24,000 nucleotides of DNA from assembly GCF_025995235.1 (NCBI RefSeq), contig NZ_BAPT01000006.1, positions 122,976-146,975 of the forward strand, in the 5' to 3' direction. Shown here in pieces: positions 7,873-17,091 of this stretch (the first letter of the stretch is position 1; every line of letters begins with the position of its first letter). Below the pieces are notes generated by a model, which was not told the origin of the DNA, made no database searches, and worked only from the letters and a program-made list of their open reading frames with translations. The translations under genes were made by a program, and so were the position numbers. The DNA is from Ameyamaea chiangmaiensis NBRC 103196. GTDB lineage: Bacteria > Pseudomonadota > Alphaproteobacteria > Acetobacterales > Acetobacteraceae.

Positions 7873-8145
7873 TCAGCCCGGTCGGCGCGCCTTTCGTCGG
7901 GCGGGCGCGGGTTTGAACATCGCACGACAGCGCGGCGAGAGCCGATCGATCTTCTGTTCCATGCAGGCCGTGATCTTAGCCACGTTAGGAATGGCGAATG
8001 TACACAGCCTGATGGCGTCCCCGCGGCAGGCCGCCGTTTGTTCGGCCCGGGTCGCCGCGTGCGCGGCCCCGGACGCGAACGCGGCGAACCCCGCCACCAC
8101 CCAGCACAGTACGGTCCCACGCATCCGTCGCATCACGGCGATCAC
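7873..8145 (-). CDS. Small secreted cysteine-rich protein (hypothetical)
   Basis: 90 aa with a signal-peptide-like N-terminus (RRMRGTVLCWVVAGFAAFASGAAHA/AT). The mature part has 4 Cys in the pattern CxxDxxxxC...C...LSxxC, which resembles the alphaproteobacterial cysteine-rich repeat. No other evidence. Confidence 0.5.
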   Translation of the reverse strand: MIAVMRRMRGTVLCWVVAGFAAFASGAAHAATRAEQTAACRGDAIRLCTFAIPNVAKITACMEQKIDRLSPRCRAMFKPAPARRKARRPG

Positions 8146-8238
8146 CCTCTGTCATTTCCGACAGTGTGACGACGCCCGCAGACGCCGCCATGAGCTATGT
8201 CAAGCGCACCGTTGCCCGGTCGCGCCGACGCGCGATCC

Positions 8239-9729
8239 TCAGTCGGCGAGCTGAAGCACGCGCGTCGTACGTTCGCGCACCTCGGCGCAAAGGGCCGGAT
8301 CGTCGGCCAGAGTGCGCCCGAAGGACGGCACCATCTCACGCAGGGCCGGCGTCCAGCGTTCGATGTATTGCGGGAAGCACTTGCGCAGAACATTGAGCAT
8401 GATCGGCGCGGCGGTCGAGGCCCCGGGAGACGCCCCCAGAAGGGCGGCAACCGTGCCGTCGCCGGAGGCGATGATCTCGGTCCCGAACTTCAGAACACCG
8501 CCATGCTGCGCGTCTTTCGTGATGATCTGCACCCGCTGGTCGGCGACGATCAGTTCCCAGTCTTCGGCCCGTGCATCGGGAACGAAATCGCGCAGGGCCT
8601 CCAGACGGTCGTTCATCGACTGCATGACCTGCTGGACCAGATATTTCGTCAGCGCGAAATTGTCCCGCGCGACGGCCAGGATCGGGCCCAGATTGCCCAT
8701 GTTGATCGATGCGGGCAGATCCCACAGCGATCCGTATTTCAGGAACCGCGTGGAGAACCCGGCATACGGTCCGAACAGCAACCCCTTTTTGCCGTCGATC
8801 ACACGCGTATCGAGATGCGGGACCGACATCGGCGGCGCGCCGACGGACGCCTTGCCATACACCTTGGCCTGATGCCGGGCGATGATGTCCGGGTTGGTGC
8901 AGCGCAGGAACTGGCCGCTGACCGGAAAGCCGCCGATGCCGCGCGCCTCGGGAATACCGGTCTTCTGCAACAGTGGCAGGGCCCAGCCGCCGGCGCCGAT
9001 AAAGACGAAGCGCGTCATAACGCTGCTTGTCCGGCCGCTCGCGCGGTCGCGCACGGCGATCTTCCAGTTGCCCTGCACCGGTTTGATGTCGTGCACCTCA
9101 TGGCCCATATGCAGGGAGAACCCCTGCTTGCGCTGCAGATCGGCGACCAGAAGCCGCGTCAGGGCCCCGAAATTGACGTCGGTGCCCCCTTCCATGAAGG
9201 TCGCGGCCAGCGGCGTGCCGGCCGTGCGCCCGTCCATGACCAGCGGCATCCACTGCGCCATCTGGGCGCTGTCGGTCGAGAATTCCATGCCGCTGAACAG
9301 CGGATGGTCGCGCAGCGCCTCGTGGCGGCGGCGCAGGTAATCGACATTGTCCGCGCCCCAGACGAAGCTCATGTGCGGGATCGGGCTGATGAAGTCGCGC
9401 GGATTGGCGATCGCGCCGGTGTCGACCAGATGCGACCAGAACTGGCGCGAGATCTGGAACTGTTCGTTGATCGCCACGGCCTTGGAGATGTCGATCCGGC
9501 CGTCCTTGCCCTCGGGCGTGTAGTTCAGTTCGCACAACGCGGCATGACCCGTCCCGGCGTTGTGCCAGGGGTCGGAACTCTCACGCGCGACGGTATCCAG
9601 ACGACCATACATCGCCATGGACCAGTCCGGCTGCAACGCCTTGAGGAACGTGCCCAGCGTGGCACTCATGATTCCATCGCCGACAAGAACGACGTCGAGA
9701 ACGGAATCGGTCGTGGACGCGCTGCTCAT
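8239..9729 (-). CDS. mqo: Malate:quinone oxidoreductase
   Basis: DVVLVGDGIMSATLG..., WHNAGTGHAALCELNYTP, KASVGAPPMSVPHLDTR and GASPGASTA are canonical Mqo. The start at 9729 (MSSASTTD) has GGAGAG 5 nt upstream; the track ORF begins 15 codons earlier. Confidence 0.93.
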   Translation of the reverse strand: MSSASTTDSVLDVVLVGDGIMSATLGTFLKALQPDWSMAMYGRLDTVARESSDPWHNAGTGHAALCELNYTPEGKDGRIDISKAVAINEQFQISRQFWSHLVDTGAIANPRDFISPIPHMSFVWGADNVDYLRRRHEALRDHPLFSGMEFSTDSAQMAQWMPLVMDGRTAGTPLAATFMEGGTDVNFGALTRLLVADLQRKQGFSLHMGHEVHDIKPVQGNWKIAVRDRASGRTSSVMTRFVFIGAGGWALPLLQKTGIPEARGIGGFPVSGQFLRCTNPDIIARHQAKVYGKASVGAPPMSVPHLDTRVIDGKKGLLFGPYAGFSTRFLKYGSLWDLPASINMGNLGPILAVARDNFALTKYLVQQVMQSMNDRLEALRDFVPDARAEDWELIVADQRVQIITKDAQHGGVLKFGTEIIASGDGTVAALLGASPGASTAAPIMLNVLRKCFPQYIERWTPALREMVPSFGRTLADDPALCAEVRERTTRVLQLAD

Positions 9730-9954
9730 GAAACTCTCCGGCTGTAACGGATCGGCATTGTTCCTGCTCCGCACGCCGGGGGCAAGGGGGCCACGGACGC
9801 CCCGGCCCGTTGGAACGCCGGGCGTGAACGGTCACATTCTGCCCGGTCGATCATCTCTGCGCGAGGCACGCCTGCCGCAGGCACGCGCGCGCCCGTCCGG
9901 CCGCTCCGTGCACGCATGGCACCCGCGCGCCGGGAGTGCGCGCCGCCCAGCCGG

Positions 9955-10938
9955 TCACGCGGGCAACCGCACCACCACGCGCCCACGCAGCCGCCCCTCC
10001 AGCAGGTCGTGGGCCGCGGCGATCACGTCGGCGAACGCGACCTCGCTGGTCATGGCATCGAGCTGCGCGGGATCGAGTAGCGTCGCAAGGCGCGCCCAGA
10101 CCCCCGCGCGCCGGGCCACAGGGCAGTGAACACTGTCGATCCCGGCGAGGGTAATGCCGCGCAGAATGAACGGCGCGACACTGGCGGGCAGATCCATTCC
10201 CCCCGCCAGCCCGCACGCCGCCACCACACCACCCGGACGAAGACGCGCGCACAGATTGGCCAGCACGTGGCCGCCGGCGACATCGATGGCCGCCGCCCAT
10301 TCCTCCGCGGCCAGCGGCTTGCCGGGTTGTTCGTACTCCGCCCGCGCGACGATGCGCCGCGCGCCCAGACCGGTCAGGAACGATTCCTCGGCCGGACGGC
10401 CCGTCATGGCGGCCACGTCATAGCCAAGCCGCGCCAGCAGCATCACGGCGATGCTGCCGACCCCGCCCGAGGCGCCGCTGACCACGACCGGGCCGCTGGC
10501 GGGCGTGACGCCATGGGCCTCGAGCGCCTCCAGGCAGAGAAGGGCCGTAAAACCGGCCGTGCCGATCGCCATGGCCTGTCGCACCGACAACGGGGGCGGA
10601 ATGGGGATCAACCAGTCATCGGGCACGCGGGCCTGCGTCGCCAGACCACCCCAGTACCGCTCCCCCAGACCGAACCCCGTGGCCAGAACGGCGCGGCCGT
10701 CCGCGCTACGCGTGCCGGCCAGATCGATGCCGGGCACCATGGGGAAACGCCGGACCACCGGCGCGCGCCCCGTGATCGCCAGCGCGTCCTTGTAATTCAG
10801 GCTCGACCACGCAACGCGCACCATGGCACCGTCCAGCGTGGCTTCGTCGTCTGCAACGGCCGTGTCGGGCAGGGTGGCGAACCGAGCGGTGGTCTGCCGC
10901 GCGCCTTGCTCCTTGTCGATCAGCAATGCCTCGATCAT
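9955..10938 (-). CDS. YhdH/AcuI-family NADPH-dependent oxidoreductase (MDR superfamily; putative acrylyl-CoA reductase)
   Basis: VAWSSLNYKDALAITGRAPVVRRFPMVPGIDLAG and VVSGASGGVGSIAVMLLARLGY are typical YhdH/AcuI motifs. The start at 10938 (MIEALLIDKE) is preceded by GGAGGA. Confidence 0.85.
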   Translation of the reverse strand: MIEALLIDKEQGARQTTARFATLPDTAVADDEATLDGAMVRVAWSSLNYKDALAITGRAPVVRRFPMVPGIDLAGTRSADGRAVLATGFGLGERYWGGLATQARVPDDWLIPIPPPLSVRQAMAIGTAGFTALLCLEALEAHGVTPASGPVVVSGASGGVGSIAVMLLARLGYDVAAMTGRPAEESFLTGLGARRIVARAEYEQPGKPLAAEEWAAAIDVAGGHVLANLCARLRPGGVVAACGLAGGMDLPASVAPFILRGITLAGIDSVHCPVARRAGVWARLATLLDPAQLDAMTSEVAFADVIAAAHDLLEGRLRGRVVVRLPA

Positions 10939-11003
10939 CGTCGTTCCTCCGCGCTTCGGTTGACAACCATGCACCGCGCGGCGGGCTCTGACACCCCGTG
11001 GTT

Positions 11004-12542
11004 TTATCGCAATGCCGCGAGGAACGAGGCGGGCGGGTGCATCACCTGTAAGGGTCGGTCCTCGGCCGTTCCGCGCAGCGCATAGACGACGATCGCGGCA
11101 CGCCCGCTGCTCTGATAGCGAAAGACCGGCTGATAGGCGGCGTCCAGGACGGCGTACAGCGCCGCGCGGGCAGCAGGATTCTCGTCCGGATAGGAAGGCT
11201 CCCGCGTCATGACCCGTCGGGGACGACCGCGCATGATGCGCGCCACCTCCGCCGCCTGGTCGAGTCCGTCCGCCCGGTCCTCGATCCTTTGCTGAAGATG
11301 GCCGGGGAACGGATAGCGGGTCGGCAGGCAGGACCGGGTCGCGTCATAAAAGGCGGCCGGCCCGTCATAGACGAACACGCATCCCGGCTGCCCCCGGGCC
11401 GTGGCAGCCGCCGCGTCCAGCACCACCGCGTCGCCATCGTCGCGCGTCTGGCGCCACACGGCCTTCTGCCCCAGCACGACACCGACCACCAGCAATCCGC
11501 ACACCCAGATCCGCCCCGTCCGGCGCCGCCAGAGCGGTGCCGCAAGGACCGCCAGCGGCGCGAACAGCGGAAGCGCATAGTGTCGGAACCAGGTGCCGAA
11601 CACGGCCACCCCCGCCAGAGCCGCCAGAGCCCAGAGAACCAGCACCCGCGCGTCGGCGCGCGTGCCCAGTGGCCGTATGCGCAAAAGCGGCAACAGCACG
11701 AACGGGGCGAGCAGCGGCGCCACTACAGTCAAAAGCTTTACAAAACGGTGGTGGCGCGTTGCAGCCCTTTCGGTGCCCCGATGCAGGATGGATATCACGT
11801 TGGCGAACCACCATGCGTCACCCTGCCCCAGCGCCGCATAAACCGCGGCGGCGAACACGGTCGGCGCCAGCGCAACGGCTATCCAGAGCACGGCATCGAC
11901 GTACAGCGCCGCCCATTTGCGCCCCGCACCCCGACTGATGACAAGAAACGCCACACCACAGAACACGCCTTCGAACACGATACTGGTCTTGATCTGAAGC
12001 CCGAGACCAAACAGCGCCATCGCGCCCGTGCCGACCGCCCGCAGATTGCCGCCCCGGGCAGCCGCCACGTCCTGCCCATGCAACAGCAGCCCGATCGCAC
12101 ACACCGTCAGCAGGTTGTAGAACACCGGCGTCTGCGCACTCGCACCCCCCGCCAGATCGAGCCACACCGGATAAAGCAACGCCGCCGCCAGCGCGCCAGC
12201 GGGGGGCGCAATCCGGCAGCCCAGACGAAACAGCCCAAGCGCGGTCAGCCAGACACACACCAGCGCCGCGCTCTGACTGGCGAGCACACCGTCACCGAAC
12301 AGATGAAACCCGGCGAACAGGACGAACAGCCCCACGGGCTTGCGGTCCCAGATCGCCACATACGGCAACGCGCCGTGCAGCATCCGCCCCCCGACAAGCC
12401 GGTAGAACTGTTCATCCAGGTCGGCCAGCGGGTTGTCGAATGCCAGCCAGCGCACCATCAGCGTGATTACCGCCAGAACGTACGGCGCCGTGCGCGTCAC
12501 GGACAACGGAAAGACGGAAGAACGCGCAGGCGTCGTCGGCAT
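11004..12542 (-). CDS. ArnT/PMT-like (GT-C fold) membrane glycosyltransferase with a C-terminal soluble domain
   Basis: 512 aa from MPTTPARSS. It has about 10 or more hydrophobic segments and a first-loop DEQFYRL motif, as in the ArnT/PMT_2 family. The 866-aa track ORF is an over-extension into the divergent neighbour. Confidence 0.75.
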   Translation of the reverse strand: MPTTPARSSVFPLSVTRTAPYVLAVITLMVRWLAFDNPLADLDEQFYRLVGGRMLHGALPYVAIWDRKPVGLFVLFAGFHLFGDGVLASQSAALVCVWLTALGLFRLGCRIAPPAGALAAALLYPVWLDLAGGASAQTPVFYNLLTVCAIGLLLHGQDVAAARGGNLRAVGTGAMALFGLGLQIKTSIVFEGVFCGVAFLVISRGAGRKWAALYVDAVLWIAVALAPTVFAAAVYAALGQGDAWWFANVISILHRGTERAATRHHRFVKLLTVVAPLLAPFVLLPLLRIRPLGTRADARVLVLWALAALAGVAVFGTWFRHYALPLFAPLAVLAAPLWRRRTGRIWVCGLLVVGVVLGQKAVWRQTRDDGDAVVLDAAAATARGQPGCVFVYDGPAAFYDATRSCLPTRYPFPGHLQQRIEDRADGLDQAAEVARIMRGRPRRVMTREPSYPDENPAARAALYAVLDAAYQPVFRYQSSGRAAIVVYALRGTAEDRPLQVMHPPASFLAALR

Positions 12543-12725
12543 CGGGATCCTGTCGGGCTGGGAAAGAAAAGCGGCCGGAACATACGCGCATGATCGCGCG
12601 CTGCCCATGGTATGACGCCTTTGGTGCCCGCCACACGTGGGCGCAGGACATGCATGCTGTTGCAACCTGCTGGAGAGACACGGTTTATGGTATGTCAACC
12701 GCAGCGAACGACAGGAGAGGCCGCC

Positions 12726-13490
12726 GTGCTGAAGAGGCTGGAACGGATTCTGGGGGTCAGCGCGCCGCCGGGCAAGAAGAAGACGATCTACCATGTGACC
12801 AAGGGCGTGCGTGATACGCTCGACCGTTTCATCATGCGTCGCTCGCTCCTGCCCGACCTGGCTGTCTTCGGACCCGACACCTTCGGGTGGATGGAGCGGC
12901 TGGAGCAGAACTGGACCCGCATCCGGGACGAGGCCATCCGCATTCAGGCAACCGAAATCCCGTCGCTCGGGGATATCTCGCCCGATCACGGGCGGATCGC
13001 GGCCGACCGGCGGTGGCGGTCGTTCTTTCTGGAGGGCTACGGGTACCGACGCGACGAAAACCGCGCTCGCGTGCCGGTGACGTCCGCGTTGCTGGACGAG
13101 ATTCCGGGGCTCGTGACCGCGACGTTCTCCGTTCTCGAAGCCGGCTGCCACATCCCGCGTCATCGCGGCATGACCAAGGGGATGCTGACCTATCACCTCG
13201 CGCTGAAAGTGCCGGCCGACCGCGAGCAGTGCTGGATCCAGATCGAGGACGGCGACACGCTGCGCGTGCTGCCATGGCAGGACGGGCACTCGTTGCTGTT
13301 CGACGACACATGCAACCATGAAGTGTTCAACAATACGCAGGACGACCGGTATGTGCTTCTGCTTCAGGTCAAGCGGCCATGCCGGGGCATGCCATCGATC
13401 CTGATGGACATTTTTTTCTTCGGGGTGCGCCATTCGCGTTTTGTGCAGGATATCCGCAAGCGCCTCGACGCACGGCCGGCCGCGGCCTGA
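12726..13490 (+). CDS. Aspartyl/asparaginyl beta-hydroxylase-family Fe(II)/2-oxoglutarate dioxygenase (LpxO-like)
   Basis: WRSFFLEGYGY, GCHIPRHRGMTKGMLTYHLALKVP and LLFDDTCNHEVFN match the Asp/Asn beta-hydroxylase/LpxO family. GTG at 12726 was chosen because AGGAGA lies ~7 nt upstream. ATG at 12612 or 12687 are alternatives. Confidence 0.8.
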   Translation: MLKRLERILGVSAPPGKKKTIYHVTKGVRDTLDRFIMRRSLLPDLAVFGPDTFGWMERLEQNWTRIRDEAIRIQATEIPSLGDISPDHGRIAADRRWRSFFLEGYGYRRDENRARVPVTSALLDEIPGLVTATFSVLEAGCHIPRHRGMTKGMLTYHLALKVPADREQCWIQIEDGDTLRVLPWQDGHSLLFDDTCNHEVFNNTQDDRYVLLLQVKRPCRGMPSILMDIFFFGVRHSRFVQDIRKRLDARPAAA

Positions 13491-13531
13491 CCCGCGGCAC
13501 ATCCGCGCTGGCGGCGCTCGCCGGAAGGGCC

Positions 13532-13762
13532 ATGGCCTGCGTCCCGTCCACCTGCGCCGCTTCGGAGCCGGGCGGCGGTGACAGGTATGGCCCCGTCGCG
13601 GCACCAGACGTCATCATCCCCGTCGGGTGGAAGAACGGCACCTACACCGGCGGCGCCTACAGCGACTATCAGGACCAGGTGGAACACGCGGGACGCCTGC
13701 TCGTCGCGGCATTGGTCTCCCGCGGGTCCGTCGATCGGGGCCCTGGACCCGATGCCCCGTGA
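13532..13762 (+). CDS. Hypothetical small protein (76 aa)
   Basis: About 85% G/C at third codon positions by hand count, and GGAAGGG lies just upstream of the ATG. I recognise no family (MACVPSTCAASEPGGGDRYGPVAAPDVIIPVGWKNGTYTGGAYSDYQDQVEH...). Confidence 0.35.
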   Translation: MACVPSTCAASEPGGGDRYGPVAAPDVIIPVGWKNGTYTGGAYSDYQDQVEHAGRLLVAALVSRGSVDRGPGPDAP

Positions 13763-13767
13763 CCGAT

Positions 13768-13790
13768 CCCCCCACGTTCCGCGCGGGGGG
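13768..13790. terminator. Candidate bidirectional hairpin between convergent genes
   Basis: CCCCCC (13768-13773) and GGGGGG (13785-13790) are separated by an 11-nt loop, in the 39-bp gap between the small ORF (+) and the M1 peptidase (-). There is no U-tract, so this is weak. Confidence 0.3.
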
Positions 13791-13801
13791 AGGGAAGCGC
13801 T

Positions 13802-15934
13802 TCAGTGCGCCGGGGGGGCGTCGGCGGGTTTGGCGGCCGTTACGGTAAAGCTGTTGTCCGAGCGCTCGATATCGGGGATCAGGTGGTCGGGGTCGACGAC
13901 GACCTGCCGGACGGCCTTGCCGCCGGGCACCTGAAGAACCGTCTCGTTACGCATCAGCCACGTCTCGGTCGGCACGTTCAGCGTTACGGTCGAACCATCG
14001 GTGTAGGTCACCGCGACGCTGACGCGCAACGGCAGCCAGCCCTTGTTCACCAGTGTGATCTGCGCACCATGGGTGGGATCATTGTCGACGTAGCTCACGC
14101 CGCGCACGGCATAGTCCGGACCCCAGTTGTTGAAATACCAGCCGCGCCAGAACCAGGACAGATCCTCGCCCGCTTCGCTGTCCATCAGACGGAAAAAGTC
14201 CGACGGCGTTGGATGGCGATAGGCCCACTGCGCGGTGTAGCGGCGGAAAGCGCGGTCAAAACGCTCCGGCCCAAGGACCTGTTCACGCAGCAGGGTCAGC
14301 CCGTACGCTGCCTTGAAATAGGTCACCGGATGGCGATAGCGCTCCGTCACCAGATCGGAGGGCATCATCAGGTTCGGCGCGGCGGGATCGGTCAGCACGG
14401 CGACGATATCGTCCGACGGGTGTCCGGTCTGGGACGCGTATTCGGAGTCGTGCTTGGGTGCGAATTCGCCGTGGTTGAAATGCTGCGAGGCCTGCGCGTC
14501 GATGAATGTGTTGAAGCCTTCGTCCATGAAGGCGTGACGACGCTCGTTCGACCCCACGATCATCGGGAACCACCCGTGGCCCAATTCATGCGTCGTGAGC
14601 CAGAACAGCACGGGATCCTTGTCCGTCATCCCGTCGAACACGATGCCGGGATATTCCATCCCCGCCCCGTGACCACCCAGATTGACCGCGTTCGGCCACG
14701 GATAGGGATAAACCCGGTCGGAGAAGAATTCGATCGCGTGCTTCACGTAATCGGTCGAGCGGTCCCACTGATGCGGCCCCGCGCCCTCGACCGGATAGAT
14801 CGACATGGCCAGACGCGCGACCGGCGGCTTGCCCGGCGCCGGAACAACCGGCGGCAGGTCGATCTTGGCGGCATCCCACAGGAACGCGGGCGATGCCCCG
14901 AACGCCACGTCACGCGTGTTGTTCATGCGGTAATGCCACGTCTTGGTACCCGTCTGCGCCAGATGGCTTTTCGGGTCAGTCACATCGGCAGCCGTGCGGA
15001 TCATCACGTGCTGGTCGCTTTTCTCCGCCTGTGCCAATCGGTCACGCTCGACCTGTGTCAGAACGTCGGCTGGATTGAGCAGCGCGCCGGACCCGACCAC
15101 GGTGAAATTCCACGGCACGGTCACGCTGTAATCGATGTCGCCGTAATCGAGATAGAATTCCTGCCCCAGATAGGGCGCGGTGTCCCAGCCCCGCAGATCA
15201 TCATAAACGGCCATGCGCGGATAAAACTGCGCGATCTCGTAAATATCGCCGTTCTTCGATGGGGTGACGGCGGTGCGGCCGCCCCAGGGACCCGGAACCG
15301 TGTAATGCCATGCGATCTTCACCCGCACCTTTCCACCCTTGGCCGCCAGCGCCTGTGGAAGGACAAGCTGCATACGCGTGTCGGAGATCAGCGGCGTGAG
15401 AGGCACGTCCTTGCCGTCACTTTCGATCGACACGTTCTCGATCACATCGCCATCGGTGTGTTCGGCATGCCGCTCGGGATTAACGAAGTCGGCGCGCGCG
15501 TCGGCGCGATAGATGTTCTGGTCGAGCTGCAGCCACAGGACCGCCAGCGCGTCGGGGCTGTTGTTGGTGTAGGTGATCGTCTCCGTGCCGGAGAGAACCT
15601 TGTTGGTCGGGTCGATGGCGACCTTGATGTCGTAATCGGCACGATTGGTAAAATAGGCCGGTCCCGGCACGCCGCCGCCGCTGCGGGCCTGGTTGGGCTG
15701 GTCGGGATAGGCCAGGGGTGCGAAGATCCGTTGCGGATCGGGTGCAGGCAGATCAGCGGCACGCGACGTGTGCGCCAAACCGCCGACCGTCAGGCTGCTC
15801 AGGGCAAAACTGGCAAGCGGAGCAACCAGCCGGCGGGCGCCGCGCCGACAGCGGTAGGGATACGACAGATAGGGCAAGACCACGGTCCTCGGAACAGAGA
15901 TGAGCCACGGGCGGCGGCCGCCCGCATCGTTCAT
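13802..15934 (-). CDS. Secreted M1-family (gluzincin) metallopeptidase
   Basis: HELGHGWFPMIVGSNERRHAFMDEGFNTF gives the HExxH-x18-E zinc site. The N-terminus has a signal-peptide-like RRLVAPLASFALSSLTVGGLAHTSRA/AD. The start is uncertain: GTG 15883 or TTG 15877, after GAGGA, are alternatives. Confidence 0.88.
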   Translation of the reverse strand: MNDAGGRRPWLISVPRTVVLPYLSYPYRCRRGARRLVAPLASFALSSLTVGGLAHTSRAADLPAPDPQRIFAPLAYPDQPNQARSGGGVPGPAYFTNRADYDIKVAIDPTNKVLSGTETITYTNNSPDALAVLWLQLDQNIYRADARADFVNPERHAEHTDGDVIENVSIESDGKDVPLTPLISDTRMQLVLPQALAAKGGKVRVKIAWHYTVPGPWGGRTAVTPSKNGDIYEIAQFYPRMAVYDDLRGWDTAPYLGQEFYLDYGDIDYSVTVPWNFTVVGSGALLNPADVLTQVERDRLAQAEKSDQHVMIRTAADVTDPKSHLAQTGTKTWHYRMNNTRDVAFGASPAFLWDAAKIDLPPVVPAPGKPPVARLAMSIYPVEGAGPHQWDRSTDYVKHAIEFFSDRVYPYPWPNAVNLGGHGAGMEYPGIVFDGMTDKDPVLFWLTTHELGHGWFPMIVGSNERRHAFMDEGFNTFIDAQASQHFNHGEFAPKHDSEYASQTGHPSDDIVAVLTDPAAPNLMMPSDLVTERYRHPVTYFKAAYGLTLLREQVLGPERFDRAFRRYTAQWAYRHPTPSDFFRLMDSEAGEDLSWFWRGWYFNNWGPDYAVRGVSYVDNDPTHGAQITLVNKGWLPLRVSVAVTYTDGSTVTLNVPTETWLMRNETVLQVPGGKAVRQVVVDPDHLIPDIERSDNSFTVTAAKPADAPPAH

Positions 15935-15984
15935 GCGGCGAAGGCTAAAACAGTTTTCCGGCCGTGGAAACAGGACCGATTACC

Positions 15985-17091
15985 CTACTCCACAGCCCGG
16001 GTCAGGCGCCCTCCGGTCGTCAACACAGGCACGCCGGTCGTTCCGGGGCCAGACAGAGGCAGTCCCCGCAGGCTGCGCACAGCCAGAAAGCCGAAACACT
16101 GCGCCTCCAGCGCATCGCCGTCCCAGCCCAACACCTCCACCGGCGCGACCGGCACCCCCAGCGCCCGCGCCAGACCATCCATCAGAACCGGATTGCGCCG
16201 GCCGCCGCCACAGACGAACCAGCGGCGCGGCGCCTTTGGCAAGGGCGTGGCGGCCACGGCGGCCACGGTGAACGCCGCCAGCGTCGCGGCACCATCCTCC
16301 GCCGACAGACCGGACACCTGGTCGAGCGCGCGGTGGAAACTCAGCCGGTCGAGTGACTTCGGCGGCGGCTGGCGAAAGAACGGATCGTCCAGCATCCGGG
16401 CGAGCAGGGCCGTATCGACCCGCCCCCGACGCGCCAGCGCGCCGTCCACGTCGCACGGCGTGCCGGTGTGGCGAAACGCCCAGTCGTCGAGCAGCGCGTT
16501 GCCCGGGCCGGTGTCGCACGCCTGTACCGCGCCGGCGGGGCCCAGCCACGTCACGTTGGCCACGCCGCCGATGTTCAGAATGGCGGTCGGCAACGGCTGA
16601 TCGTGCAGAAGGGCAGCATGATAGAATGGCACCAGCGGCGCGCCCTGCCCGCCCGCCGCAACATCGGCGCTGCGAAAATCATGCACGACAGGCAGTCCCG
16701 TGCGCTGCGACAACGCAGCCGCGTCGCCGATCTGCCACGTCCGACGCCGGTGCGGGGCGTGCAGAATCGTCTGGCCATGAAACCCGATCAGCGCCGCTCC
16801 CTCGCCCCCCGGCATGGCACGCAGCGCGGCCACCGCCTCGGCATGGCGTTCGGTAAGGGCGCATTCAGCGTCGCGCAGCATCGGGTCGTCGACGGTCAGT
16901 TCGGCCGCGCGCTCCAGAACCTCGCGCAGCCGGGCCCGGAGTGCCGCCTCATACGGCAGGCTGATCGCGGGACCGAGATGGCTGACGGACACGCCGTCGG
17001 TCTCCACAAGGGCCGCATCGATACCGTCGAGGGACGTGCCACTCATCAGGCCGATGGCACGAACGGGGGAGAAGGGAGGGGGTGTCGTCAT
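15985..17091 (-). CDS. anmK: Anhydro-N-acetylmuramic acid kinase
   Basis: 368 aa from MTTPPPFSPVRAIGLMSGTSLDGIDAALVETDG. FHGQTILH, DFRSADVAAGGQGAPLVP and DTGPGNALLD are canonical AnmK. The 725-aa track ORF is an over-extension. Confidence 0.93.
   Translation of the reverse strand: MTTPPPFSPVRAIGLMSGTSLDGIDAALVETDGVSVSHLGPAISLPYEAALRARLREVLERAAELTVDDPMLRDAECALTERHAEAVAALRAMPGGEGAALIGFHGQTILHAPHRRRTWQIGDAAALSQRTGLPVVHDFRSADVAAGGQGAPLVPFYHAALLHDQPLPTAILNIGGVANVTWLGPAGAVQACDTGPGNALLDDWAFRHTGTPCDVDGALARRGRVDTALLARMLDDPFFRQPPPKSLDRLSFHRALDQVSGLSAEDGAATLAAFTVAAVAATPLPKAPRRWFVCGGGRRNPVLMDGLARALGVPVAPVEVLGWDGDALEAQCFGFLAVRSLRGLPLSGPGTTGVPVLTTGGRLTRAVE

Noticed and set aside
9900-9954. GC-rich self-complementary stretch (GCGCGC-N7-GCGCGC) downstream of the YhdH/AcuI-type gene, considered as a terminator
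   Set aside because: Alternating GC hexamers are self-complementary by nature and common at this GC content, and no U-tract follows. It was not reported as a feature.
15947-15957. Palindrome AAAACAGTTTT between the anmK stop and the M1 peptidase start
   Set aside because: The arms are only 5 bp, and the 1-nt centre means it cannot form an RNA hairpin. A single occurrence is not enough to call a binding site or terminator.
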